Shown here: positions 36,988 to 46,403 of the stretch, in pieces
How positions within the stretch are numbered: position 1 is the first letter of the stretch
Layout of the letters: the number at the start of each line of letters is the position of its first letter
NCBI GenBank assembly: GCA_964344175.1
Contig: CAYFMI010000003.1
Span: forward strand, 1,425-65,424
Direction of reading: 5' to 3'
DNA from: an uncultured Anaerolineales bacterium
GTDB lineage: Bacteria; Chloroflexota; Anaerolineae; Anaerolineales; UBA11858
Length of the DNA: 64,000 nt
The notes under the pieces: generated by a model
Database searches by the model: none
What the model was told of the DNA's origin: nothing
Seen by the model: only the letters and a program-made list of their open reading frames with translations
Made by a program: the position numbers and the translations under genes

Positions 36988-37569
36988 ATGCGTCGAAGAA
37001 GACGTCCCCCCATGCGCCCGCGTCCTGGCCGTACGCGCCATAACCCCGCCTCACCACGTCCTACTCACGGGCGGGCACACAAAGCCCTGCAACGCGCTCA
37101 CCGCTTAATGGAAAGCGGCGATTACACCAACGCCGCCGATATGTTCGAACGCCTGGCGCGCGGCGCCCACGACCGCGGCATGTTGCGGCAGGCGCCGCGT
37201 CTTTATCTTCAGGCTGGGAAAGCGAATATCCTGGCCGGAAATCTCGAACGCGGCGGCGATATGCTCCGCCAGGGATTGAATATCATCGCCGGCGCTCAAC
37301 GCTGGATGTATCTTCACCAGGCTGGCTCACGGGTAGTCGCCGAACTCACCGAGTGGGGCCACAGCGCCCTGGCAGCGGAATTCGAGCAATGGCTGGAGCA
37401 AACGCTCCCCGCGGACACAGCCAGCTACCAACCGGCAGGCAGTCCCGCTCAACGGCCTCAACTACCCTTGCACTGTCCTTCATGCGGCGGCCCAATCCGC
37501 TCGGATGAGATCGATTGGTTAGATGCCACAACCGCAGAATGTCCGTATTGCGGGAGCGGAGTCCGATAA
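36988..37569 (+). CDS. Hypothetical protein: Arg/Pro-rich N-terminus, helical middle, C-terminal CxxC...CxxC zinc ribbon
   Basis: 193 aa. Strong SD AGGAGG 4 nt upstream. MRRRRRPPMRPRPGRTRHNPASPRP... and ...LHCPSCGGPIRSDEIDWLDATTAECPYCGSGV. Confidence 0.6.
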   Translation: MRRRRRPPMRPRPGRTRHNPASPRPTHGRAHKALQRAHRLMESGDYTNAADMFERLARGAHDRGMLRQAPRLYLQAGKANILAGNLERGGDMLRQGLNIIAGAQRWMYLHQAGSRVVAELTEWGHSALAAEFEQWLEQTLPADTASYQPAGSPAQRPQLPLHCPSCGGPIRSDEIDWLDATTAECPYCGSGVR

Positions 37570-37582
37570 AGCTATTGCAAAG

Positions 37583-38212
37583 ATGGCCTTCACCGAAACC
37601 CAAATCGCACAACGTCTGAACAACGCCCTGGCCCCCAACCTGCCTCCCGAAACACCGTACAGCGGCAGGCTGATGGACGCGCCGCTTCAGCCTGCTGCTG
37701 TACTGATGCCTTTCTTGTGTACGCCGCAAGGCTGGCATTTGCTTTTCATCCGACGGACTCTGCATCCTAAGGATCGACACGGTGGGCAGGTTGCTTTCCC
37801 CGGTGGGCGCTGCAATCCCCATGACCCCAGCGCGGTGCGGGCCGCTTTGCGCGAAACACAAGAAGAAGTCGGCATCCAGCCCGAGGATGTGCGCATTTTA
37901 GGGCAATTGCGCGACATGCTGACCATTACCAATTATCGGGTCACGCCCGTAGTGGGCGCGATCCCCTGGCCATACCCGGTACGCCCCCAGCCCGAAGAAG
38001 TCAGCCGTATTTTCACCATTCCATTCGAATGGTTGGCCGATCCGGCCAATCGCGCAACGCAACATCGCAAACTTTTTCAGCGCGGCAGACCGATTCCGGT
38101 CATACACTTCCAACCCTACGATGGTGAAATTCTGTGGGGAGCCAGTGCGCGCATGACCCTGCTGCTGCTGGAAGCGCTTGGCTTATCGGAACCAGATAAG
38201 CGCTATTCTTGA
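37583..38212 (+). CDS. NUDIX hydrolase, CoA-pyrophosphatase type
   Basis: LLFIRRTLHPKDRHGGQVAFPGG resembles the CoA-type signature. Nudix box GGRCNPHDPSAVRAALRETQEEVG. Confidence 0.8.
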   Translation: MAFTETQIAQRLNNALAPNLPPETPYSGRLMDAPLQPAAVLMPFLCTPQGWHLLFIRRTLHPKDRHGGQVAFPGGRCNPHDPSAVRAALRETQEEVGIQPEDVRILGQLRDMLTITNYRVTPVVGAIPWPYPVRPQPEEVSRIFTIPFEWLADPANRATQHRKLFQRGRPIPVIHFQPYDGEILWGASARMTLLLLEALGLSEPDKRYS

Positions 38213-38799
38213 TCTCCTACCAACTCTACCGCGTCAATCTCATTCCACCCCAGGCCCAGCACCGACTGATCTATCGTGATGCGCAGAGAAGCGTACATGC
38301 GCGGCGTCTTCTCAAGCTGGATTGCTAAAGTATAGGGACAAGGCTGATCGATCTGAAAAGGCGCTGCATCGTAAACCGTTAGTACCCGCCCAAAGTTATC
38401 GATCAACTCAACTTTGGAAACCTGATTGGGGTTAAAGGTCTGCACGATATTCACTGCCGTAACATACACAGGCTGTTCGAATTCCACTTCCAACCAATCG
38501 AGGGTGTCACTCCCCGATGAGGTCCATGCGGTTTGATAATCGCCGCAGCGCGCGGTGTTGGGAGCGCCCGTCGCTTGAATAGCAGCCCATTCTGGGTCGG
38601 CATATTCGGTGCTGGCCTGGGCAGCAACCGCCCACTGACGCAACGCACCGGGCTGGGCGACTTCTGGGGGCAACTCGTCTTCAATCGGTGTGGGGGTAAG
38701 GGCTGCCGCAGACTCAACAACTTCTTCAGGAGCAGATCCACACCCCACGAGCAGCAATCCCGTGAAAAGAAAATACACAACTATCTGCATTTTTTTCAT
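38203..38799 (-). CDS. Lipoprotein of unknown function (beta-rich, possibly galactose-binding-domain-like)
   Basis: MKKMQIVVYFLFTGLLLVGCGS lipobox. SD AGGAAGG lies 8 nt upstream of ATG 38799. The longer form from 38829 would run into the upstream terminator. Confidence 0.6.
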   Translation of the reverse strand: MKKMQIVVYFLFTGLLLVGCGSAPEEVVESAAALTPTPIEDELPPEVAQPGALRQWAVAAQASTEYADPEWAAIQATGAPNTARCGDYQTAWTSSGSDTLDWLEVEFEQPVYVTAVNIVQTFNPNQVSKVELIDNFGRVLTVYDAAPFQIDQPCPYTLAIQLEKTPRMYASLRITIDQSVLGLGWNEIDAVELVGDQE

Positions 38800-38833
38800 G
38801 CACAAGGCCTTCCTGTTTGATACTTTCATCTGG

Positions 38834-38872
38834 AAACAAAAACATCCCGCAAAAATGGGGATTTGCGGGATG
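38834..38872 (-). terminator. Rho-independent terminator of the L25/ctc gene
   Basis: Minus strand reads CATCCCGCAAA-tccccatt-TTTGCGGGATG followed by TTTTTGTTT. Confidence 0.8.
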
Positions 38873-38898
38873 TATCATAATCAGGCTCAAATGGAAAC

Positions 38899-39564
38899 CT
38901 AGGCTTCCTCTTCTTCTTCGCCTTTACCCTTTTCGATCACTTCAGGCTCATCCAGGCCCAATTCATCCTCGTCGAGTTCTTCTTCCTCATCTTCGGCAGG
39001 GGCTGCATCCGGAGCGGTAGCTACAACGATCATCGTTTCGGGATCATCTAGGGCCGTCACACCAGAGGGAAGTTCTAGATCCGCGAGCGTGATAATATCG
39101 CCAATATTTTCCAAGACAGTCGCATCCACCTCGATTTGATCAGGCAAATCTTTGGGCAAACATTCGATCTCAAGCGATTCAAAACCGGTGATCAAATAGG
39201 CGCCAAAATCTCGCACTACGGGAATATCTTCCCCCACAACCACAATCGGAACCTGAGTGCGGACACTCACATCCATATTAATGGCCTGAAAATCGATATG
39301 CTCATACTCGCGCGAGATAATGCCCTTTTGCTCTTCACGAACCAGGGTTGCATATTCTTCGCCATCGATTTTTAGCGTAACTAATGTAGATGAACCCACA
39401 GTCCGCAGAATTTTGGAGGCCTCTCGCAAATTCAGGGTAATAGGCGTAGGCTCAACACCATAGCCATAGACCACTGCAGGAAGCTTGCCCTCACGGCGCA
39501 TTTGCTTGACCTTCTTGCCAAAAACATCCCGGCGGGTAGCTTCTAAGATTATTTGATCAGACAT
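38899..39564 (-). CDS. rplY: 50S ribosomal protein L25 / general stress protein Ctc (long form with acidic tail)
   Basis: MSDQIILEATRRDVFGKKVKQMRREGKLPAVVYG... SD GAGGAAGG. The C-terminus is Glu/Asp-rich. Confidence 0.9.
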   Translation of the reverse strand: MSDQIILEATRRDVFGKKVKQMRREGKLPAVVYGYGVEPTPITLNLREASKILRTVGSSTLVTLKIDGEEYATLVREEQKGIISREYEHIDFQAINMDVSVRTQVPIVVVGEDIPVVRDFGAYLITGFESLEIECLPKDLPDQIEVDATVLENIGDIITLADLELPSGVTALDDPETMIVVATAPDAAPAEDEEEELDEDELGLDEPEVIEKGKGEEEEEA

Positions 39565-39687
39565 TTTTTCCTTCCTCAGAGCGCCTCTCACTCGCCAAAC
39601 GAGTTACCTTCGCTCCTCAAAAAAATAAGATTTTTGCCTGCTCAAGTGCAAGTATACAGGCAAATTTCGAAACCGACGTTATGACGA

Positions 39688-40227
39688 TTATCCCTTGCGG
39701 CCGGTGAGCAATTGCCCAACCCAAAGCACCAGGCCAATTGCTGCTCCGGCAGATAGTCCGGCTAAAACCGCACGGGGAGTATCCAGGTAGGTTTCAACAT
39801 GGCCTTCAACCTGTCCGGCCAGTAATACCCCGGCGCGAATTGTGTCGCTGTGCAAATCGCGGGCAACAACAACACCAGCCTGAGAACTTTGTACAGTGGC
39901 TGTATCGGCGAAGATAGCTCCAATACCACCATCGACAACAGTAGTTTCATTCGTCCGAGCGACACCAACACCGCCTTGTGTCACATGGAGTTGTTCAGCA
40001 TGAACCGCACCGGCGCCACCCTGAGTAATGCTAACCACCTCGGCTTTCACGCCGCCTGCACCGCCTTGCCGAATCTCTACTTCGCTGGCGTCGATATTCT
40101 CGGCGCCACTTTGACGCATTCGCACAAGATCGGCGCGCACGCTTCCCACTGGGGTTTGTGACAGGTTTACAACATCCGCCGAAACATCCAGAGGTTCTTC
40201 TTCGTGTAAATGGGCTTCCTCAGACAT
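39688..40227 (-). CDS. Tail-anchored hypothetical protein composed of ~7 tandem 15-residue repeats (solenoid-like)
   Basis: 179 aa. Repeats VEIRQGGAGGVKAEV / VSITQGGAGAVHAEQ / LHVTQGGVGVARTNE / TTVVDGGIGAIFADT / ATVQSSQAGVVVARD. C-terminal TM AVLAGLSAGAAIGLVLWVGQLL. SD GGAGG upstream. Confidence 0.6.
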   Translation of the reverse strand: MSEEAHLHEEEPLDVSADVVNLSQTPVGSVRADLVRMRQSGAENIDASEVEIRQGGAGGVKAEVVSITQGGAGAVHAEQLHVTQGGVGVARTNETTVVDGGIGAIFADTATVQSSQAGVVVARDLHSDTIRAGVLLAGQVEGHVETYLDTPRAVLAGLSAGAAIGLVLWVGQLLTGRKG

Positions 40228-40467
40228 AGCTACCTCCGCAAAAAAAAGCCGCCAAAAATGGCGACATCGTCACAACGCCCTAAATTGTACTGAGGTTCAG
40301 AACATTCGTCAATGGCCGCTTTCGCATAACACAGGGCTTTCTTAAAATCACACCAGGGCAAGGATCTACCCCAGAGAGAGCAGCGTGCGCGGAGTTTTCT
40401 CTGCGTTCTTCGCACACTCTGCGGTTAAATCTTTTTGTTAGGACTTACGCAGTTCGTTGAAAATTTA

Positions 40468-40522
40468 CCGAAAAATAGGGGTGTGTGGGGTGCTCCGCAC
40501 CCCACACACCCCTATTTTTCGG
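40468..40522. repeat. Perfect 26-bp inverted repeat (3-nt loop) flanked by A5/T5, with the form of a bidirectional terminator but located between divergent genes
   Basis: CCGAAAAATAGGGGTGTGTGGGGTGC-tcc-GCACCCCACACACCCCTATTTTTCGG. Confidence 0.9.
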
Positions 40523-40675
40523 ACTTTCATCTCGCAAGTGCGTAGCTCCTATTTGTTTTGACTTTAAGAAGGCCCTGTCGTGTAACACATCCGTAGAGAT
40601 GGTGAATGCGCGCCAAACAGAGCGTGGGCATACTTCTTGCAACAACTTGCGTGCATCACACCACAGGAGCCTAAG

Positions 40676-41038
40676 ATGCCCGACTTACAAACCAACAATA
40701 TTCTTCTCGCGATGATCCTCAGTCTCTTCTTACTCGGCTCGGTTACCTTTGTCAGCGGCATGGTCATCTTGCTTTCCCGCACATTGGGCCGGGACGTGCG
40801 CGAAATAACCGCTCACACTCGCAAGCTGGCTCAAAAAGCCCTCGCCCACGATCTGGCCGGGATTGTCGGCAACGCATCTGCCTTGCTGAGCGCCACAAAC
40901 GAAATGGTGCGCACCAGCTCGGGCATCGGCGTATTATTGCTTTTACTTGGCAGCTTACAACTCACCGCCTCCATCGGGTTGGCGCTCTATTTCTTTGGAG
41001 GAATTTCCAGCAATGGAATCTTCGTCAGTTATCCTTGA
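40676..41038 (+). CDS. Small membrane protein (2 TM helices with a helical loop), first gene of the TPR/C25 operon
   Basis: MPDLQTNNILLAMILSLFLLGSVTFVSGMVILL ... GIGVLLLLLGSLQLTASIGLALYFFGG. SD AGGAG lies 5 nt upstream of ATG 40676. Confidence 0.6.
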   Translation: MPDLQTNNILLAMILSLFLLGSVTFVSGMVILLSRTLGRDVREITAHTRKLAQKALAHDLAGIVGNASALLSATNEMVRTSSGIGVLLLLLGSLQLTASIGLALYFFGGISSNGIFVSYP

Positions 41039-44000
41039 GCTGCAAAGTTTTTTCGCGGAGGATGCCTGGGCGAGAGTGATCCCGGTCTTACGGCAAAACG
41101 CGCTGATTTGGCAGGCACTCCAGAACCAGGAATTTCGCGTGGCGGCCAAAAAGCGGCTGGGGCCTGCTCCCGAGGGCTGGAGTCCCGCAAACCTGGCGCT
41201 CATTTCCCTGAAATGTAATTTGTATGCCGAAGATCTGCGCCAGACTCCTCGGCATCTCCCCGAAGAAATCGCCGCGCGGAGTGACGAGGTCTATCAAGAT
41301 TATCTTAACAATAATGCCCTTCCCAACACACTCCCGCAGGCCGGTTTGCTGGCGCTGGCGCTGATAAAACACCCCGCCGACTGGAGCACGCTGCCGCAAA
41401 CCCCCAACCTTGATGCCGCCCTAGCCTGCCTGGTAGGGTTGCTGCCAACGCCTGCCGAATTCCTGGCAAGAGTGCCCGCCGAACAAGTCGTGCAAAGTTT
41501 GTTGGCGAACCCCCTGGAGCACGAAAAACACATCGAGATGATTGCCAAACGCCTGACAATCGCCCCGCCCGATGAGCGTCTGTCTGTGCTTAACATGCTG
41601 CGCGCCCAACGGCCTCATTTCGCCGCGCAACTTGCCAGGCAGATCACCACAGCGAGTAGCCCCTCCACAGAAAAGGGATCCCCTTCAACGCGCCCCACCC
41701 CCGGGCCGCGCAAGGGAGTCACCGCCACACTTCAATCGCCCATCGCTTCCTTGCAAGAACTACTACAACAGGCCGACTATCAAGATCTCAGCGATCATCC
41801 CGAAAGCGCTCAAGCTGCGCTGCAATCGGCGCAGAAAGCTGCCCAAGAGATTCATGCCGCCATCGCTCTCGAAATGGCCTGCGCCGAAATTCGCGCCGGT
41901 CGCCCCGAACAAGCTCTGGCATTGTGGGAAGAACACAACCACACCCCGCTGCCCGATGATAACGCGACCCTGGCGCTGGTATTGATTGAACAAGGTTTCT
42001 TTGACCAGGCTAAGTCCTTGTTTTTTTCAGCTGCGGAACACACTCCCACCGCCAAGACTCTCGTTGCCGAAGCCCGAATAGCCATCCACGAAGGGCGTCT
42101 GGCACAAGCCCAGGCATTGGGCATGCAAGCCCTGCAAACTGCTCCAACCTTCGACGACAGCGCCCCGGCAAAATTGTTGCTCGAACTCGAGCTGACCGAA
42201 GAGGCTATTGAATTAGCGGCCCGAGACGCCGAAGACCAGCCCAACAACCCCCAGGCCATACAGCGGTTGGCAGAGGCCTACCTGCAAGCCTGCGCTCCGG
42301 AAGATGCCCTACCCTGGCTGCAACTTGGTACAGCTTTATCGCCAGATGATAAAGAAATCCGCCGCAAACTTGCCCAAACCTTCATGCTGCTCCAGCGCTG
42401 GCCGCAGGCGATTCAAACGTATGAGCATTTGATCCCGCAGGGGCCATCCGGCTCATCGGATGATCGACGTGCACTGGCAGAAGCGCGCGTACACAATGAC
42501 GATCTCGGCGGCGCGCAACAGATTCTTGCAGCACTCATCGAAGCTGACCCCCAGGATGGGCTGGCGCTGGCATGCCTCGGTGAAGCCCTGGAACGCGCCG
42601 GGGCACACTCGGAGGCTTGGCTGCACTTCGAAAAAGCCATTCGCACTTCTCCGCACGATGAGCAACCCTGGCTGGCGTTTGCTGCCGCCCAACAACGCGC
42701 CAACAACTCAAAAGGCGCTTTGCAAACGCTGCAAACTGCTGCCCGGGCTTTACCCGATTCAGCAGCCATCCAACTCGCGCTGGGAAAACAACAACATCGA
42801 GCGAACGCCCCTACACAGGCGCTGCAAGCGCTGCGCCGCGCCGCCGAGTTAGGGCAATCGAAAACCATCGCCGCGATGCTGCGGGCTGAAATTGATTTGA
42901 CCTTCGCGCAGGCCTTACGCCGGTTAGGCCATCACGATGAAGCCCATGAAAAGCTAGCCGCCGCCCACCGCCGCTCGCCCGCGCACGCCGGAATCACGCG
43001 GATGTATGCTGTCGCCCTCAGGGAGGCTGGGACCCCCGAACGCGCTCTGCCAGTCATCATAACTGCGCTGCATCGTCACCCAGAAGACATAGACCTGCAA
43101 TTTGAGCATGCCCGGGTACTGCTAGCATCTGGCGCGCCCGGGCCGCAGGTCGAAACGGTTTTGCAATACATTTTGGAGTTGAATAAAAATCATCACCCGG
43201 CGATAGCGCTCCTGGCAGAAGTCTATGAATCCGACGGGAAAACCCAGGCCGCGTTGGAAGCCTATCGTCTCGCCCTGGGAGGCCCTTTGGGGGAAGGTGC
43301 CCATTGGCAATGCCGCCTGAGTTTGGGGTTGAGCCGTACGGCTTTCAAACTGGGTCAAAACGAAATCGCGCTGGCAGCTTTGGAACCCATTTGGGAAAAC
43401 AACCCGGAAGACGCTGGAATTTCCCGGCTGCTTTCGGATATTTATATCGCCAACCAATTGGCAACCAAGGCGCTGCAAGCGGCCCAGGCAGCGCTGCAAA
43501 CCGATTTGAGCAATCCCGATACCGTATTGTGGTTTGCCGAACAAGCGTTGCGGCTGGATGCCCCCAAACAAGCCCTGCATGCGCTGGAAAAAGCCCTCCG
43601 ACAAGATGCTCAACAGCCGCGCTATCACTTACGGTATGGCCAAATACTGCTCGAAAGCGGCGATCTCACCGCAGCCCAGAGCGCCTTCGAGCAACTCATT
43701 GGTATAGAGACTGCCCGGCCAACTGAATTGATCCAGGCCGCTGATGGATTGCTGGCAACCGACGACCCTGCCCGTGCCGCTGTCTGCCTGGAGCGGGCAG
43801 CCGCTTTGGCAAAATCCAGTACCCTGGAAGATGCCGCAGACTCGCAAGCACAGGCACTGCATCTGAGTATCCTCACCCGCCTGATTGATACCCACGAAAA
43901 ACTGGGCGCGCACTCTGTCGCTCTGGAAATTATCGAAGAAGCCCTGGGATTACAATCCGATCATATACTGCTGAAGGTGAAAAAAGCCGACCTGCATTTG

Positions 44001-46394
44001 AAAATGGACGCGCTAGCAGAAGCCGCACGGTGGGTTTCGCAATGTTTGGAGAAAACTCCCGAAGATCCTCACCTTAATTTACAGGCGGCAATTATTGCAC
44101 GAGAACAAGGAAATATCGCTACGGCGTTGACCTGCGCAAAACTGGCCGTGAAGCATTTCAACCCTCGCGCATACCTACAACACTACATCGAGGCGGTTAT
44201 GGTCACCGCTCAGCTAGAAATGAGTTTCCTTCAAAAGGAAAAGGCTTTTGAGATCCTGACCGAAGCTCAAGGCCAGGCCCTTAATTTAACTGCGATCGAA
44301 ACCATTCGCGCGTCAACCTATTTTTGCCTGCAAGGCGAATTAGCCCTCGCCGCCGATGAAGAAATCGCGGCGGCGGAAGCGCTAACTGCAGCAGTTCAAC
44401 TTACCCCGGAACACCCCCGCACCCTGGCGCTGCAAGCACGCCTGCGCCTGCGGCAGGGCAATGGGCAATTTGCCGCTCAGACCTTAGAAGAAGCCCTCAT
44501 CCAATTTGGGTCGCAAGGTGACGCACCGGTTGATATGTGTATCTCCATCGCAGAAGCCGCCATCGAATGCATGGCCTGGGGGCCAGCCACCTACCTTTTG
44601 CAACAAGCGGCAAAAAGCGCCCCCCAGGAAGCGCTCCCGCAGGCAGAGCTGGCGCGCGCCCTGGTGCTGCGGGCCGAATATCAGCACCTTTGTCGCACGG
44701 TCAATATCCAATGGCATGCTTTAGGGGATTCGGCCATTTCGGCGAGTGCGTTCGAAAATTTTGAGCAAGCCATTCTGCGCGCCACGCGTAACCTGGAAAA
44801 TTATAAAGAGCAAAACAGCCCCATCCAGCCGCAGGCCTTCCTTTCGCTGTGGCTGGCGCGGGGGCAGGCTATCTTTCAACCCAGCCGCGAACACGCCCAG
44901 GCGCTGCTCGACCTCCCCCCTCGGGCTGAGAATCAATCCGCCTGCCTGGCAGCTCTGCGCCATAGCGGCGAAACCAAACTCGCCGCCCGACACGCCTTGA
45001 AACTTGCTGCGCAAAAGAACATTTCCCAAAATCCGTTGTTGTGGGCACAGATTGCCCTGGCATTGACGCGTGAAGACCCTGTTGCCGCATTGGCAGCGGC
45101 TCAACGCGCCCTGGATACATCTATCCGCCAAAATATTGGCAGCAACCCAGTTTTCCATGCGCTGCGGGCGACCGTAGCGCACCGTGTCGAAGATCATCCG
45201 GCCCACTTGCAAGCTGTCCAGGCGTTACTGGCTGTTTGGGATAACGAACCCTACTGGCACACGATTGCAGCCGATTTGCTCCTCGAACAACAAGAGCAAA
45301 TCGGGCCGACAGCTATCCAAGAAGCTGTTGCGTATTTAGAACGCGTCATCTTCATGGAGCCGCTCAAATCCCAGCATCATAAGAAACTCAGTCAGGCATT
45401 ACTGGCCGCCAACGAGACGCAAGGCGCGGTCGCCGCCTTGCGCAAAGCTGTCCGGCTGGAACCTAATGAACATCTCACCTGGCTACAACTCGCCCAAGTA
45501 CACAGACTAACGGGCGAAAATGATCAGGCTGTCGAATGCGCCAAACAAGCAGGCCGGCTGATGCCCGCATCAGCTGAGCCTTTTGTGGTGTTGGCAGAAG
45601 CAGCCCTGGAGAACGGTGAACCCGAGACGGCCAGTCAATACACCGCTAAAGCCCTGAGCAATAATTCCGGACATCCAAGAGCGTTGTTGCTGCACGCCGA
45701 CGCCCTGACCGCCCTGGAGAAACCCACCGAAGCCCTCATTGCCCTGGAAGCCGCAGCTGCACGCATACTCCCTTCAACACCGCTTCTGCTGAAGATGATT
45801 GAACTGCGTCGTCAATTGCACGGGCCAAAGGCCGCCGCCGAAGCGCTCGATCAGCTCAGGACGCAATACCCTGAAGACGTGCAAATCCAAATCGCGCTGG
45901 CTCATGCTCTGGCCGAAAACCATCAGAGCGAACGCGCCATCCAGACCGCTCAAAAAGTCCTCTCACGTGCCGACGAAGATCTGTCTGCCGATAACCGCGC
46001 CAGGTTATTATTTTTACTGGGACTCTTACTGCGTCGCAGCGGTCAACTCGACCAGGCTGTGCAACATCTCAGCGAGGCAGTCGACCATACCCCTGAGTGG
46101 GTGGAACCCTATATTGAGCTGGGGCGCACCTACTACGAGCGTCGTCAATACGACCTGGCCTTGCAAACCTGCCAGCAGGCCATCGCCATTGCGCCTGGCG
46201 ACCCGCGCCCGTACCACTGGGCCGGCACCGCCCTCAAAGACATTAAAGATTTCCGCAACGCCGAGATCATGCTGCGCACCGCCGCTGGGTTAGCCCCCGA
46301 CGACATCAGCATCCATCGCAAATTGGGCGCAATTGTTGCCCTGAACCTGGTACACAACCCCAGGAAAAATGTGGATGTGCAAACCAACTTGTGA
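41013..46394 (+). CDS. Giant tetratricopeptide-repeat (TPR) protein, ~1793 aa, no enzymatic domain recognised
   Basis: ORF 40947..46394. ATG 41013 is preferred and overlaps the upstream gene by 26 nt. Ala/Leu-rich 34-residue helical-pair periodicity runs throughout (e.g. AIQRLAEAYLQACAPEDALPWLQLGTALSPDD, YIELGRTYYERRQYDLALQTCQQAIAIAPGDP). No P-loop was seen. Confidence 0.8.
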   Translation: MESSSVILELQSFFAEDAWARVIPVLRQNALIWQALQNQEFRVAAKKRLGPAPEGWSPANLALISLKCNLYAEDLRQTPRHLPEEIAARSDEVYQDYLNNNALPNTLPQAGLLALALIKHPADWSTLPQTPNLDAALACLVGLLPTPAEFLARVPAEQVVQSLLANPLEHEKHIEMIAKRLTIAPPDERLSVLNMLRAQRPHFAAQLARQITTASSPSTEKGSPSTRPTPGPRKGVTATLQSPIASLQELLQQADYQDLSDHPESAQAALQSAQKAAQEIHAAIALEMACAEIRAGRPEQALALWEEHNHTPLPDDNATLALVLIEQGFFDQAKSLFFSAAEHTPTAKTLVAEARIAIHEGRLAQAQALGMQALQTAPTFDDSAPAKLLLELELTEEAIELAARDAEDQPNNPQAIQRLAEAYLQACAPEDALPWLQLGTALSPDDKEIRRKLAQTFMLLQRWPQAIQTYEHLIPQGPSGSSDDRRALAEARVHNDDLGGAQQILAALIEADPQDGLALACLGEALERAGAHSEAWLHFEKAIRTSPHDEQPWLAFAAAQQRANNSKGALQTLQTAARALPDSAAIQLALGKQQHRANAPTQALQALRRAAELGQSKTIAAMLRAEIDLTFAQALRRLGHHDEAHEKLAAAHRRSPAHAGITRMYAVALREAGTPERALPVIITALHRHPEDIDLQFEHARVLLASGAPGPQVETVLQYILELNKNHHPAIALLAEVYESDGKTQAALEAYRLALGGPLGEGAHWQCRLSLGLSRTAFKLGQNEIALAALEPIWENNPEDAGISRLLSDIYIANQLATKALQAAQAALQTDLSNPDTVLWFAEQALRLDAPKQALHALEKALRQDAQQPRYHLRYGQILLESGDLTAAQSAFEQLIGIETARPTELIQAADGLLATDDPARAAVCLERAAALAKSSTLEDAADSQAQALHLSILTRLIDTHEKLGAHSVALEIIEEALGLQSDHILLKVKKADLHLKMDALAEAARWVSQCLEKTPEDPHLNLQAAIIAREQGNIATALTCAKLAVKHFNPRAYLQHYIEAVMVTAQLEMSFLQKEKAFEILTEAQGQALNLTAIETIRASTYFCLQGELALAADEEIAAAEALTAAVQLTPEHPRTLALQARLRLRQGNGQFAAQTLEEALIQFGSQGDAPVDMCISIAEAAIECMAWGPATYLLQQAAKSAPQEALPQAELARALVLRAEYQHLCRTVNIQWHALGDSAISASAFENFEQAILRATRNLENYKEQNSPIQPQAFLSLWLARGQAIFQPSREHAQALLDLPPRAENQSACLAALRHSGETKLAARHALKLAAQKNISQNPLLWAQIALALTREDPVAALAAAQRALDTSIRQNIGSNPVFHALRATVAHRVEDHPAHLQAVQALLAVWDNEPYWHTIAADLLLEQQEQIGPTAIQEAVAYLERVIFMEPLKSQHHKKLSQALLAANETQGAVAALRKAVRLEPNEHLTWLQLAQVHRLTGENDQAVECAKQAGRLMPASAEPFVVLAEAALENGEPETASQYTAKALSNNSGHPRALLLHADALTALEKPTEALIALEAAAARILPSTPLLLKMIELRRQLHGPKAAAEALDQLRTQYPEDVQIQIALAHALAENHQSERAIQTAQKVLSRADEDLSADNRARLLFLLGLLLRRSGQLDQAVQHLSEAVDHTPEWVEPYIELGRTYYERRQYDLALQTCQQAIAIAPGDPRPYHWAGTALKDIKDFRNAEIMLRTAAGLAPDDISIHRKLGAIVALNLVHNPRKNVDVQTNL

Positions 46395-46403
46395 GGCCAC
46401 ACT

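Noticed and set aside
40515-40530. GAAAGTCCG on the minus strand, reminiscent of the RNase P RNA GGAAAGUCCGG core
   Set aside because: Only a 9-nt chance match. None of the surrounding conserved RNase P helices or motifs are present.
40445-40715. 66-aa (minus) and 76-aa (plus) ORFs crossing the 26-bp palindrome
   Set aside because: Both read straight through the perfect hairpin, so each is partly the mirror of the other. There is no SD and the composition is not protein-like.
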